Assembly (NCBI GenBank): GCA_963718665.1 | Contig: OY970359.1 | Location: 399,514 to 463,513 of the forward strand | Direction: 5' to 3' | Length of the DNA: 64,000 bases | DNA from: an uncultured Phycisphaerales bacterium | GTDB lineage: Bacteria > Planctomycetota > Phycisphaerae > Sedimentisphaerales > Anaerobacaceae | Shown here: piece by piece, positions 41,824 through 50,594 of the stretch | Numbering within the stretch: the stretch's first letter is position 1 | Layout: each line of letters starts with the position of its first letter | Position numbers and translations under genes: made by a program | Notes under the pieces: model-generated | The model's database searches: none | What the model saw: the letters and a program-made list of their open reading frames with translations, nothing else | Told to the model about the DNA's origin: nothing

Positions 41824-42840
41824 TTAACGAGGTTTCACGCCTTCCTTTACGTCAATCCACTTCATCATCTTACGCAATTTACGTCCGACATTTTCGAGCT
41901 TGCTGTTGTAATCCTTCGCATAGAGCTTGTTGAACTTCTTCAGCCCCGTCGCGTTTTCCTTCATCCATTCTTTTGCGAACTTGCCGCTGGTGATTTCCTT
42001 GAGGATTTTCTTCATCTCCGCCCGTGTCTTGGACGGGATGATTCTCGGCCCGCGAGTAAGGTCGCCGTATTCCGCCGTATCCGAAATACTATACCGCATA
42101 TAGCTCAGCCCGCCTTGGTACATCAAATCAACGATGAGCTTCACCTCGTGCATACACTCAAAATACGCAATCTCCGGCTGATAACCCGCTTCCACAAGCG
42201 TATTGAACCCCGCCTTTATCAGTGCTGACAGGCCGCCGCAAAGCACGCACTGCTCCCCGAACAGGTCCGTCTCGGTCTCTTCCTTGAACGTCGTCTTGAT
42301 AATGCCCGCTCTCGCTCCGCCTATGCCGTTGCCCCAGGCAAGCGCAATCTTCAGAGCACCGCCCGTCGCGTCCTTCTCTACCGCCACGATACAAGGCACG
42401 CCGCCGCCCTTCTGGTATTCGCTTCTGACCAAATGCCCCGGCCCTTTCGGCGCAATCATCACTACGTTATTGCCCTTTGGCGGAACAATGTATTTGAAAT
42501 GAATATTGAACCCGTGACAGAAACCAAGTGTCTGCCCCGGCACAAGATTCGGCTTAATATACTTCTCGTAAAGCTTCCCCTGCACAACATCCGGCAGCGT
42601 AATGATAATCAGCGAAGCGCCTTTCATTGCCGTCTTGATATCAGTCGGCTTAAATCCGTGCTCTAACGCTATCTTGTAATTCGGCGTCCCCGGTAACTCC
42701 GCAACCGACACCTCGATGCCGCTGTCCCGCAGGTTCAAACTGTGAGCATGACCCTGACTGCCGTAACCGATCGTCGCAACCTTTTTGCCCTTCAACGGAG
42801 CAAGCGACGCGTCCTTCTCATAAAACATCTTCAACGCCAT
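41824..42840 (-). CDS. ilvC: Ketol-acid reductoisomerase
   Basis: 338 aa; [49 protein letters not shown]. Confidence 0.95.
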   Translation of the reverse strand: MALKMFYEKDASLAPLKGKKVATIGYGSQGHAHSLNLRDSGIEVSVAELPGTPNYKIALEHGFKPTDIKTAMKGASLIIITLPDVVQGKLYEKYIKPNLVPGQTLGFCHGFNIHFKYIVPPKGNNVVMIAPKGPGHLVRSEYQKGGGVPCIVAVEKDATGGALKIALAWGNGIGGARAGIIKTTFKEETETDLFGEQCVLCGGLSALIKAGFNTLVEAGYQPEIAYFECMHEVKLIVDLMYQGGLSYMRYSISDTAEYGDLTRGPRIIPSKTRAEMKKILKEITSGKFAKEWMKENATGLKKFNKLYAKDYNSKLENVGRKLRKMMKWIDVKEGVKPR

Positions 42841-43130
42841 TGTTTTATTCTCCTTATTTTAATTTGCTTAAATTACCCCCGCGGCTTCGCTTTTGCTCGC
42901 CTCTGCGTCTCTCGAGGTAAGTCGAGGCAGCAGGCGAAGCAAAACGGCGGGGGCGATATTTGCCTTACTTCATGGTTTTTCGCACGCTCACCGACCGGCC
43001 AGCCCGACGCTTGCGGTTTATCATCTTCCTGCCTTTACTCGTCCGCATCCGCACTAAAAATCCGCTCTTGCACTCCTCTTAATCTTACTCTTGCGATGAT
43101 TTTCCACGCCTTGTCTCCTTCATTCCTTTA

Positions 43131-43160
43131 GTATTTAGCCCTGGGTTTCACCCAGGGTTT
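43131..43160. repeat. REP-like hairpin (ccctgggt-ttc-acccaggg) downstream of the RAYT gene
   Basis: 8-bp perfect stem, preceded by gtatttag. Same style as the units at 43739-43995. Confidence 0.55.
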
Positions 43161-43274
43161 CGGTTACTTTCAATCATCGTGGAATTATACACCAATCCCC
43201 TTTAAATGAAAAGGCAATCCTTCCAAAAACTGATACCCCAACGACGTTTACTTGCCGCCCCTGCAATCTGCGTT

Positions 43275-43718
43275 TCAATGCCCCTCAACGTATTCTATTC
43301 TGTTTTTCAATGACTTTTCATCGAAACAGAACTTCGTATTATATCCATTTGTCCACACCCTCCCCTTAAACCCGTTTTTCTGCAGCGCGACTCGCCCCGC
43401 GTTCTTGTAATAACCCACAATAACCCCTATTGGAACATCAACATACTCACACACGATATGAACGTGATTCGAGAACACCCTTGCCGCGAGAATCTTTTGC
43501 TTGAATCTCTTCGCCGCTTCCGTAATCGCCTCCCTTACAATCTCTTTGTCTTTCCGCCCCAATCGCTCCGGCTCATGCTCCAATTTCTTTTCGCAATCTT
43601 TTTTAATTGCGATGTTCTCTCCGCGAACCTCTCCATCTTTGACGTATCCCTTTTTCTCCCCCTGTAACCACGTCCCGTATATCGTCCACGTCACCATATA
43701 TCCGATTGTCTTCGCCAT
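43275..43718 (-). mobile_element. IS200/Y1 HUH-type transposase-like protein, probably a REP-associated tyrosine transposase (RAYT)
   Basis: 147 aa. HUH motif in FSNHVHIVCEY. Size and C-terminal RIEYVEGH are consistent with the Y1_Tnp family. Flanked on both sides by REP-like hairpins. Confidence 0.6.
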
Positions 43719-43738
43719 ACGCAGATTTTATCCCAATA

Positions 43739-43995
43739 CCACTGGCTTTGCCAGTGGCGTATATAGCCCCCGGCTATGCCGGGGGGTGCAAACGCGAGGT
43801 CCGCTTTTACCCCACTATCTCACCGGGGTTTGCCCAATGAACGTCCGCTTCGGGCGTTTGTATATAGCCCCGGTCTCCGGCCGGGGTTGCAATCGCGAGG
43901 AATGCTTAACCCTTTATCCGCCGTAGGCGAATTGCTTATGTGAGGTCAACTTAAACCCTTTTTGAACGCCCGCTTCGGGCGTTTGTATAGCAAGG
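43739..43995. repeat. Cluster of REP-like units
   Basis: gtatatagcccccggctatgccggggggtgcaaacgcgagg (43759-43799) versus gtatatagccccggtctccggccggggttgcaatcgcgagg (43860-43900). Also gtccgcttcgggcgtttgtata (43844-) versus gcccgcttcgggcgtttgtata (43968-). Confidence 0.75.
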
Positions 43996-44011
43996 AACCT
44001 GCCATATAGTA

Positions 44012-44422
44012 TTAATAAAACGTAATTTCTAATCCAAGCCCCAAACTGCCCGCCAATTGAATAAATTCCGGCGGGAAGTAATACCATTTAACGGGAAACT
44101 CGTCACGGTCCTCGCGAGCAACGCCAAAATCCAAGGTTACATCTTCAACACCCGGATAAGCCAGAAGAGTAGATATTTGTTCTGAATTTTCTTTATCTTC
44201 CAGAAAAACTACTGCGTCCTGAATCTGCTGTTTTAAATCTTCGAATCTAGCGTCACTGACACAAATATTAAATCCGGAATGATCTATCTTAGGACCATCT
44301 GGTTTATTTTTATACCTTGGCTCTCCCAGGCGATGAAGACCGGATACTTGGCAGGGATGCTCCTTAAGATAAGCATCTACATTCAACTTTTTACCGCCTA
44401 CTCTAAGATAACATGACGACAT
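44012..44422 (-). CDS. Small hypothetical protein (possibly DUF4279-like), AT-richer than its surroundings
   Basis: ATG at 44422 (MSSCYLRVGGKKLNVDAYL...). Ends ...LGLGLEITFY. The family assignment is only an impression. Confidence 0.45.
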   Translation of the reverse strand: MSSCYLRVGGKKLNVDAYLKEHPCQVSGLHRLGEPRYKNKPDGPKIDHSGFNICVSDARFEDLKQQIQDAVVFLEDKENSEQISTLLAYPGVEDVTLDFGVAREDRDEFPVKWYYFPPEFIQLAGSLGLGLEITFY

Positions 44423-44451
44423 TGATAACCTCACAAAGCATCTTCCGCCCG

Positions 44452-44489
44452 GCAAAGTTGACAGGCAAAGGTGTTATTCTCTTCCGGCC
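44452..44489 (-). promoter_or_regulatory. Copy 1 of a conserved 38-nt upstream motif (candidate ECF-type promoter/operator)
   Basis: 34/38 identical to 53470-53507. The minus strand reads ggccGGAAGagaataacacctttgcctGTCAACtttgc, about 30 nt upstream of the ATG at 44422. Confidence 0.45.
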
Positions 44490-44696
44490 ATAAGTTGGCA
44501 GTATACCGCTAAACTGGTCAGAAAAGCAAGAGTTTTAAGAATCCGCATCCCAAAATTTTACCCGCCCGCCATAAGGCGTCACTTGCGGGAGTAGTTTTAA
44601 CGCAGGCGGGCCGCAATCCCAAATAAAAAATATGTTCAAGTGATTCGTTTTAGTGCTTTGAATTTGTTTCGGATTTAGGGTTTAGGATTTCGGGTT

Positions 44697-45209
44697 TTAA
44701 GTGTCTGCCTCTTCGGTCGAACCACTAACCGTCTTTTCCTGTCTCGGCATCGCTATCGTCCCCGTCCGCGCGACGTTCTTTATCCCGTATGGCCGGCACA
44801 TCTCGATAAACGCCTCGATTTTCTCCTCAGGCCCGCTTATCTCCACCATTATCGTCTTCTGTCCAATATCAACAACGTTGCCCTTGAAGGTCTCTATCAA
44901 CGCCAGTATCTCAGGCCTCTTTTCCGCAGGCGCAGCGAAAGTTATCAGCATCAAATCTCTCGCGACCACCGTCTGGCCCGCAAAATCCTGGACCTTCACA
45001 ACGGGTATTATCTTGGCAAGCTGTTTACGGACCTGCTCAAGCACCCTGTCATCGCCAATCACGACAATCGTCATCCGGCTAAGTTGCGGGTCCTCCGTCC
45101 GCCCGACGACTAACGAATCGATATTGAACGCCCTCGCCGCGAACATCCCCGAAACATGTGCCAAAACTCCCGGCTTATTCTCAACCAACGCGCTTATTAT
45201 ATGTTTCAT
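44697..45209 (-). CDS. ilvN: Acetolactate synthase small (regulatory) subunit
   Basis: MKHIISALVENKPGVLAHVSGMFAARAFNIDSLVVGRTED ACT domain; 170 aa. Confidence 0.93.
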   Translation of the reverse strand: MKHIISALVENKPGVLAHVSGMFAARAFNIDSLVVGRTEDPQLSRMTIVVIGDDRVLEQVRKQLAKIIPVVKVQDFAGQTVVARDLMLITFAAPAEKRPEILALIETFKGNVVDIGQKTIMVEISGPEEKIEAFIEMCRPYGIKNVARTGTIAMPRQEKTVSGSTEEADT

Positions 45210-45288
45210 AGGTCTTACCTTCCTGTCCCGGCATGCCTTTGGCCGGGATCCAGTTTTTACTTTTTACATTTTGATTTTTGATTTTCTT

Positions 45289-47022
45289 CTATGCCATACT
45301 TTCCAACATGTCTAATCCGTCCATCTCGTGCAGGGACTTACCCGACGGAACCATAGGCCAGACGTTTTCTTCCGGCTCAACCCTGAAATCCACAACGCAG
45401 GGCATCTTCTCGCCTAACATCTTCTTTATCGCCTTCGGCACATCCGCCTTTTTCTCAACCGTTATCCCGACCGCGCCCAGCGCCTCAGCCACTTTCGAGT
45501 AATCCGGGTTCGCAAGATAACTCTTCGAATAACGCTTGTTATAGAATAGCTCCTGCCACTGCCTCACCATTCCCATATACCCGTTATTCAAAATGCAGAC
45601 CTTTATCGGCAGCTCATATTGGACCGCCGTCCTCAGCTCCGTCAGCGTCATATTGAAGCTGTGGTCCCCGTCAATATCGACAACGGTCGCCTCCGGCATC
45701 GCTATCTGCGCCCCTATCGCCGCGGGCAACCCATAGCCCATAGTTCCCAGACCGCCTGAAGTAATAAACTGTCTCGGCCTCTTGAACCGGTAGAACTGCG
45801 CCGTCCACATTTGGTTTTGTCCGACGCCTGTCGTAACTATCGCGTCGCCGCCCGTCAATTCGCAAATCTGCTCAATCACATATTGCGGCTTTATATTCGT
45901 CGCCTTCCTGTCGTATCCCAGCGGATATTTCTTTTTCCACTGCGCAATCTTGGTGAACCAATCCTTGCGCTCGCGGTGCTCAACCATCTTAGTCATCTCA
46001 CCCAATATATATTTCGCGTCGCCCACAACCGGAATGTCCGCCCGAACGTTCTTCGCTATGCTCGCCGGGTCAATATCTATATGTATCACCTTCGCGTGCG
46101 GCGCAAACGCCTTGACCTTGCCCGTCACCCTGTCATCGAACCGCGCGCCCACCGCTATCAGCAAATCGCACTCCTGCACCGCGTAATTCGCAAATGCGGT
46201 TCCATGCATTCCGAGCATATCAAGCGATTCAGCGTTGTTCTGGTCATAACTTCCCAGCCCCAATAGCGTCATCGTAACCGGCAGATGCGCCTTATTCGCA
46301 AGGGCGCGCAGCTCCTCGCCCGCGTTGGCGCTGATAATCCCGCCGCCGACGTAAAGCACCGGCTTCTCCGATTTGTTTATCGCCTCGGCTGCCATTTCTA
46401 TCTGCCGATGATGCCCCTTTATCTTCGGCTTATACCCCGGCAGTCGCATCTCGACGGCGGCGTCATATTCCGTCTTGGCGACCTGAACATCGACCGGCAA
46501 ATCAACCACCACCGGCCCAGGCCTGCCCGTCGAGGCGATAAAGAACGCCTCCTTAATCACCCGCGCCAGGTCCCTTACATCCTTGACTATGCAATTATAT
46601 TTTGTAACAGGCCGCGTGATACCCGTCGTATCCGCCTCCTGAAAAGCGTCATTGCCGATTAGCTCCGTCCGAACCTGCCCCGTTATGGCGACAAGCGGAA
46701 TCGAATCCATCATCGCCGTGCCAAGCCCCGTAACAAGATTGCACGCCCCCGGCCCGCTCGTCGCGACTATCACGCCGACCTTACCGCTCGCCCGCGCATA
46801 TCCGTCCGCCATATGTGCCCCGCCCTGCTCATGTCGCGGAATTATAAATCGAATCGGCGCATCATACAGCTTATCAAACAGGGGCAATACCACTCCACCA
46901 GGGTAGCCGAACATTGTTTCAACGCCCGCGTCAATTAGTGCCTGGACGGCTATCTCAGCGCCTGACCTTTGAATTGAGGATTTTCCAGCCGAATCGGCTG
47001 ACTGTGAAGAATCGGACTTCAT
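45289..47022 (-). CDS. ilvB: Acetolactate synthase large subunit
   Basis: ATG at 47022, 7 nt after AAGGAG. GAEIAVQALIDAGVETMFGYPGG, ThDP motif GLGTMGYGLPAAIGAQ...DGDHSFNM..ILNNG. Confidence 0.95.
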   Translation of the reverse strand: MKSDSSQSADSAGKSSIQRSGAEIAVQALIDAGVETMFGYPGGVVLPLFDKLYDAPIRFIIPRHEQGGAHMADGYARASGKVGVIVATSGPGACNLVTGLGTAMMDSIPLVAITGQVRTELIGNDAFQEADTTGITRPVTKYNCIVKDVRDLARVIKEAFFIASTGRPGPVVVDLPVDVQVAKTEYDAAVEMRLPGYKPKIKGHHRQIEMAAEAINKSEKPVLYVGGGIISANAGEELRALANKAHLPVTMTLLGLGSYDQNNAESLDMLGMHGTAFANYAVQECDLLIAVGARFDDRVTGKVKAFAPHAKVIHIDIDPASIAKNVRADIPVVGDAKYILGEMTKMVEHRERKDWFTKIAQWKKKYPLGYDRKATNIKPQYVIEQICELTGGDAIVTTGVGQNQMWTAQFYRFKRPRQFITSGGLGTMGYGLPAAIGAQIAMPEATVVDIDGDHSFNMTLTELRTAVQYELPIKVCILNNGYMGMVRQWQELFYNKRYSKSYLANPDYSKVAEALGAVGITVEKKADVPKAIKKMLGEKMPCVVDFRVEPEENVWPMVPSGKSLHEMDGLDMLESMA

Positions 47023-47325
47023 TACATACTCCTTTCGCAGCATATCCCGGAAATTACAGCTTTTCGGGCCTCTTTTGTCAGGCCTGTCGTTACCACCACA
47101 GCAACGACCTGCCCATACAAAGTTTATAGCCCTGCTATAATCCCGTAATTCTGCTCAATTATAGTATTTACGCACTACCCTGTCAATTGTTTTCGGCAAT
47201 TTTTCGCACCACTATCACAAATTATCCACCCTGCCGCCTTCGAAATTCGTATAAAATTATGTGTGCAGAACAATAAATAGAGCTATAATAACACCCCTCC
47301 TTTAATAAAAATTTGGAGACCAACT

Positions 47326-47594
47326 ATGTGCGAACAATGCGGTTGCAACCACGATAAAACACAGGATGCCTTCGAGACGAAGGTCAAAGCGATAATCGAA
47401 GCCATCAGGCCGAATTTGCAAAGCCACGGCGGTGACGTCGAACTCGTCGCCACCGAAAAGGGCTCTACAGTCAAGGTCCGCCTTCAGGGCGAATGTTCCG
47501 GCTGCCCGGCGCAAGAATGACCCTCAAAATGGGAATCGAACGACTCCTCAAAGAAAAAGTCCCACAGGTCAAAGAAGTCATAGCGGTTGACTAA
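47326..47594 (+). CDS. NifU-like (Nfu C-terminal domain) Fe-S scaffold protein with the frame broken once
   Basis: IRPNLQSHGGDVELV...VKVRLQGECSGCP, then a stop. The expected continuation ..MTLKMGIERLLKEKVPQVKEVIAVD* is in the -1 frame. The break is at ccc/gg, 47505-47510. Confidence 0.75.
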
Positions 47595-48695
47595 AAATTT
47601 TAGACACGAATACGAAGAAGCATTCTCCCGGTTTGCGGACGCCCCGGCTGCGAGGGCCTTCGGGCTTGGCAGGCATGCGTTGTTCATATTGCTCAAAGCC
47701 CTCGATGTAAACCCCGGTGACAAAGTAGGCGTCTGTGCTTTTACGTGCCTGGCTGTTGTAGAAGCTATTAAAGTTTGCGAAGCAATCCCCGTATATCTCG
47801 ACATTGATGAATACCTCTGTATTGACCCGCATGAAATTCTTATACAGGATACCGGTTCTCTCAAAGTTGTGATTTTACAGCACACCTTCGGCAACCCGGG
47901 GCGATTCGAGCAGCTTCTGGCGGCCTGCAACAAAATCGGCGCAAAAGTTATCGAAGATTGTGCCCACTCGCTTGCGTGCACGTGGAACAATCAAAAATTA
48001 GGCAAATGGGGCGAAGGAGCCGTAGGCCAGGGAGGGATGTTGACCGTCAATTCAAGCGGCTTACTCGAAAAGGTTGACCGTCAAATCAAGCGGTTCGCTG
48101 CGCCCGCATCCAAAAAATCAGAATTTATTATTGTCTCCCTTCGGCGAGCATATCACCCGTTCAGTCAGTCGCGTCTCGATTGTTACCTCGGATATAACTA
48201 CTCCCGGCTGCGTAGTATGTTACATTTCAGGGGGAAATCTTTTCTGAAAAACAGCTTTCCTGAATGCGCGGATACCCCCGATTGGCCGGAGAAATAAAGG
48301 CAAAGGCGGGATTGAAACAAATCGAAAGCTGGCCTAAATTGCGGCAGATACGACTTCAAAATACCGCGATGATAGAGGAATCCTTCAGCAACGCTGGCCT
48401 GTCCCTTTGGCCCGTAGAACCTCAGGCAAACATCACAATGATGAGATACCCATTACGGGTATATAAGAAGTGGGAAATAGTCCATCGCGCAGGCATTCGA
48501 GGCCTCGACATCGCGGGCTGGTATTCCAGCCCCGTCCATCCGCTCAGTGATGCCGACCTCGCCAAAGTTGATTATCGCCGTGGCTGCTGCCCGAGAGCCG
48601 AAGGCACAATTGAACGATTAGTCCACCTGCCGACCGGCCCATCGCTCAATAAACACAAATTAGAAGCGATGATGAGAATATTAAACGGGGTTTAA
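47587..48695 (+). pseudogene. DegT/DnrJ/EryC1-like PLP aminotransferase, apparently degraded
   Basis: Pieces 47587..48297 and 48264..48695. The family blocks GDKVGVCAFTCLAVVEAI, VIEDCAHSL and GQGGMLTV are present. The segment that normally carries the PLP lysine between WGEGAV and GQGGML is missing, and there is a frame change at 48264-48297 (a C5 run sits at 48276-48280). Confidence 0.55.
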
Positions 48696-49075
48696 GATTG
48701 ACTATGGGCGAGGGCTAAGAGGACGAGGAAATAAGCCGTGAAAGATACGAAGGCGAGCAGAAAGCCGGCGAGGGCAGGGATTGCGGCTGCGAAACTGGTT
48801 TTGTTGCGCCGGCAGCGTATTAACGACAATATGGCAAAGGTTACAGATGCAGCAGGCAGAATGGCGCAGAGAGTGTGAACGGTGTTATAAAAAGGAGTTT
48901 CCCTCACAAGGCAAATATCGGTAGAGCTGTTGTGCAGGGCTATAATCCTGTGGATTGAGGCATAGAAAAGTGGTATCGCGGCGACGGCAAAAACGAGCGA
49001 AACGAGGCCCAGTCGGCTCGTCTTTGCACCGGGGCATACGGCTTCGATATTGTTTGTGTCCGGTTTTTCTGCCAT
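48692..49075 (-). CDS. Small membrane protein, hypothetical
   Basis: ATG at 49075 (MAEKPDTNNIEAV...) and four predicted TM helices. Confidence 0.5.
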   Translation of the reverse strand: MAEKPDTNNIEAVCPGAKTSRLGLVSLVFAVAAIPLFYASIHRIIALHNSSTDICLVRETPFYNTVHTLCAILPAASVTFAILSLIRCRRNKTSFAAAIPALAGFLLAFVSFTAYFLVLLALAHSQS

Positions 49076-49180
49076 TTTGGTTTCTCGTAGTTTATACGAT
49101 TGCCGGCGGCTATCGGCCCGGAAAATTATTCGCCACGGCAACGACCCCATAACCGCTACCCGCTGTTCACTAAATACAAG

Positions 49181-49193
49181 CGACTAACGACTA
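49181..49193. repeat. Left copy of a 13-bp direct repeat, cgactaacgacta
   Basis: Identical 13-mer at 49953-49965. With flanks, about 20/23 match. Overlaps the HNH-AP2 stop codon. Confidence 0.6.
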
Positions 49194-49784
49194 TCGACTG
49201 TCCGCTGTTTCTGGAAAATTTAACCTCGCAAATTCCCCGTGATATTTCTTCGCTGCTTTGTCGCGTGCTTTTGCCGCTTCTATCTCGTTTTTGAATCCGC
49301 CTATCCAGTAACTTTTCCCCTTATGCTTGATTTTAACAGCCCAGCGATTTTGTGCTTTCTCGTAAGATACCCCGATAAACCGCGATGTTGTCTTCGATTT
49401 GGTCTTTCGTTTGTTGCTCGAATTTTGTGCATGCGTCGCAAGACGCAGATTGTCCCTTCGATTATCTAACGACTCTCCGTTTTTGTGGTCAACAATTCGC
49501 CCCTTGGGTGCCCTCATAATCTCTCTGTGCAAATATACTGTTTTGGCTCCTCCCTTTTTGCTCCTGATGCCCCCTATGGCGTATGCTCTCCTTTCGTGAC
49601 CGCCTAAGCACCACTTGATATGTCCAAAGCGGTAATAATCCGCCGGCTCAACTGTCGTCCATTCCCCCTCGCCTAAATATATCCTGCGAAACTCATACCC
49701 ATATTTGTGCCTTCGATACAACATTACCGGCCAGGTGCAGATACGGTCTAACCAATTAGGTATCGTTACGTTAATCATTGTCAT
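49191..49784 (-). CDS. HNH endonuclease fused to an AP2/ERF-type DNA-binding domain (homing-endonuclease-like)
   Basis: YLHREIMRAPKGRIVDHKNGESLDNRRDNLRLATHAQN (HNH_3 pattern), then RFIGVSYEKAQNRWAVKIKHKGKSYWIGGFKNEIEAAKARDKAAKKYHGEFARLNFPE (AP2). Confidence 0.8.
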   Translation of the reverse strand: MTMINVTIPNWLDRICTWPVMLYRRHKYGYEFRRIYLGEGEWTTVEPADYYRFGHIKWCLGGHERRAYAIGGIRSKKGGAKTVYLHREIMRAPKGRIVDHKNGESLDNRRDNLRLATHAQNSSNKRKTKSKTTSRFIGVSYEKAQNRWAVKIKHKGKSYWIGGFKNEIEAAKARDKAAKKYHGEFARLNFPETADSR

Positions 49785-49952
49785 AATGTCCTCTCCCTTG
49801 CCCTCGACTCAAGCTCCATAGGAACCGCAATCGGGGGTCCATTTTTTCGGAGCGCAGCGCAGATCCTCGGGGTTAGCTCCTTTGGTCTTCTGCCGGGAAC
49901 CCATTTATTGTTCGTTGTTTATTGTTAGTTGTTCCTACAAACTATGAACCAA

Positions 49953-49965
49953 CGACTAACGACTA
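49953..49965. repeat. Right copy of the 13-bp direct repeat, cgactaacgacta
   Basis: See 49181-49193. Confidence 0.6.
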
Positions 49966-50086
49966 CAGATGATTTGCCTATCTTGGCGTGAAACTTGCCC
50001 TCCCGGGGCGAAATGTTTGCGCTTCTGCGCTACTACTGCCCTATCTTGGGCTTGCTACCTTGCGGCTCTCCGCTGCCTCTTTTTTT

Positions 50087-50181
50087 CGCCTGTTCTACTG
50101 CTCAACTTACTACTTTCCCGCGAAGCGCCGCCTGTTCTACTGCTCAACTTTCTACTCTCTCGCGAAGCGTCCCGCTTCGCG
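50087..50181. repeat. Tandem 41/42-bp direct repeat (x2) ending in a perfect 9-bp hairpin
   Basis: cgcctgttctactgctcaacttactactttcccgcgaagcg (50087-50127) and ccgcctgttctactgctcaactttctactctctcgcgaagcg (50128-50169). Hairpin cgcgaagcg-tcc-cgcttcgcg at 50161-50181. Confidence 0.8.
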
Positions 50182-50594
50182 CGTCCCTCTATATATAGAG
50201 TGATTTTGGGGGTGTTTTAAGGAGTTACGAAATATTTTTTTCCTGCCCAAAATCGGTAAGTTCTTGTAGGAAAAGGAATAAAAAAAATTTCAAAAATTCC
50301 CGGATTTTTTTGGGTATATAGGTAATCTCTAAAAAACAGGTTTAGCCGCCGCCGGCATGGCGGCTTCCTTATAATGTTTAGCCCGGCAACTTTATTGCCG
50401 GGTCATAAAAATTGTAAAACCAATTTTATCGCGACCTATCCGGCGTAGCGCAAGCGAAGTCGGAAACGCGGGGCGGGAAAAAACGGTTGCTGTCACCATT
50501 ATTCCCAACGGGGTTGGGTAAGTTGAAAACCCCCGGCAGAGAAATGTTTTTTTGTGAAAATAGGCGGTAGTTCTTAGTCTTCCTCTTTCGCATC

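Noticed and set aside
44452-44489. Integron attC site / gene-cassette boundary as an explanation for the shared 38-nt motif
   Set aside because: The GTTGACA core does not fit GTTRRRY, and I saw no imperfect inverted-repeat attC structure. The two copies are separated by housekeeping ilvBN genes, and no integrase is present.
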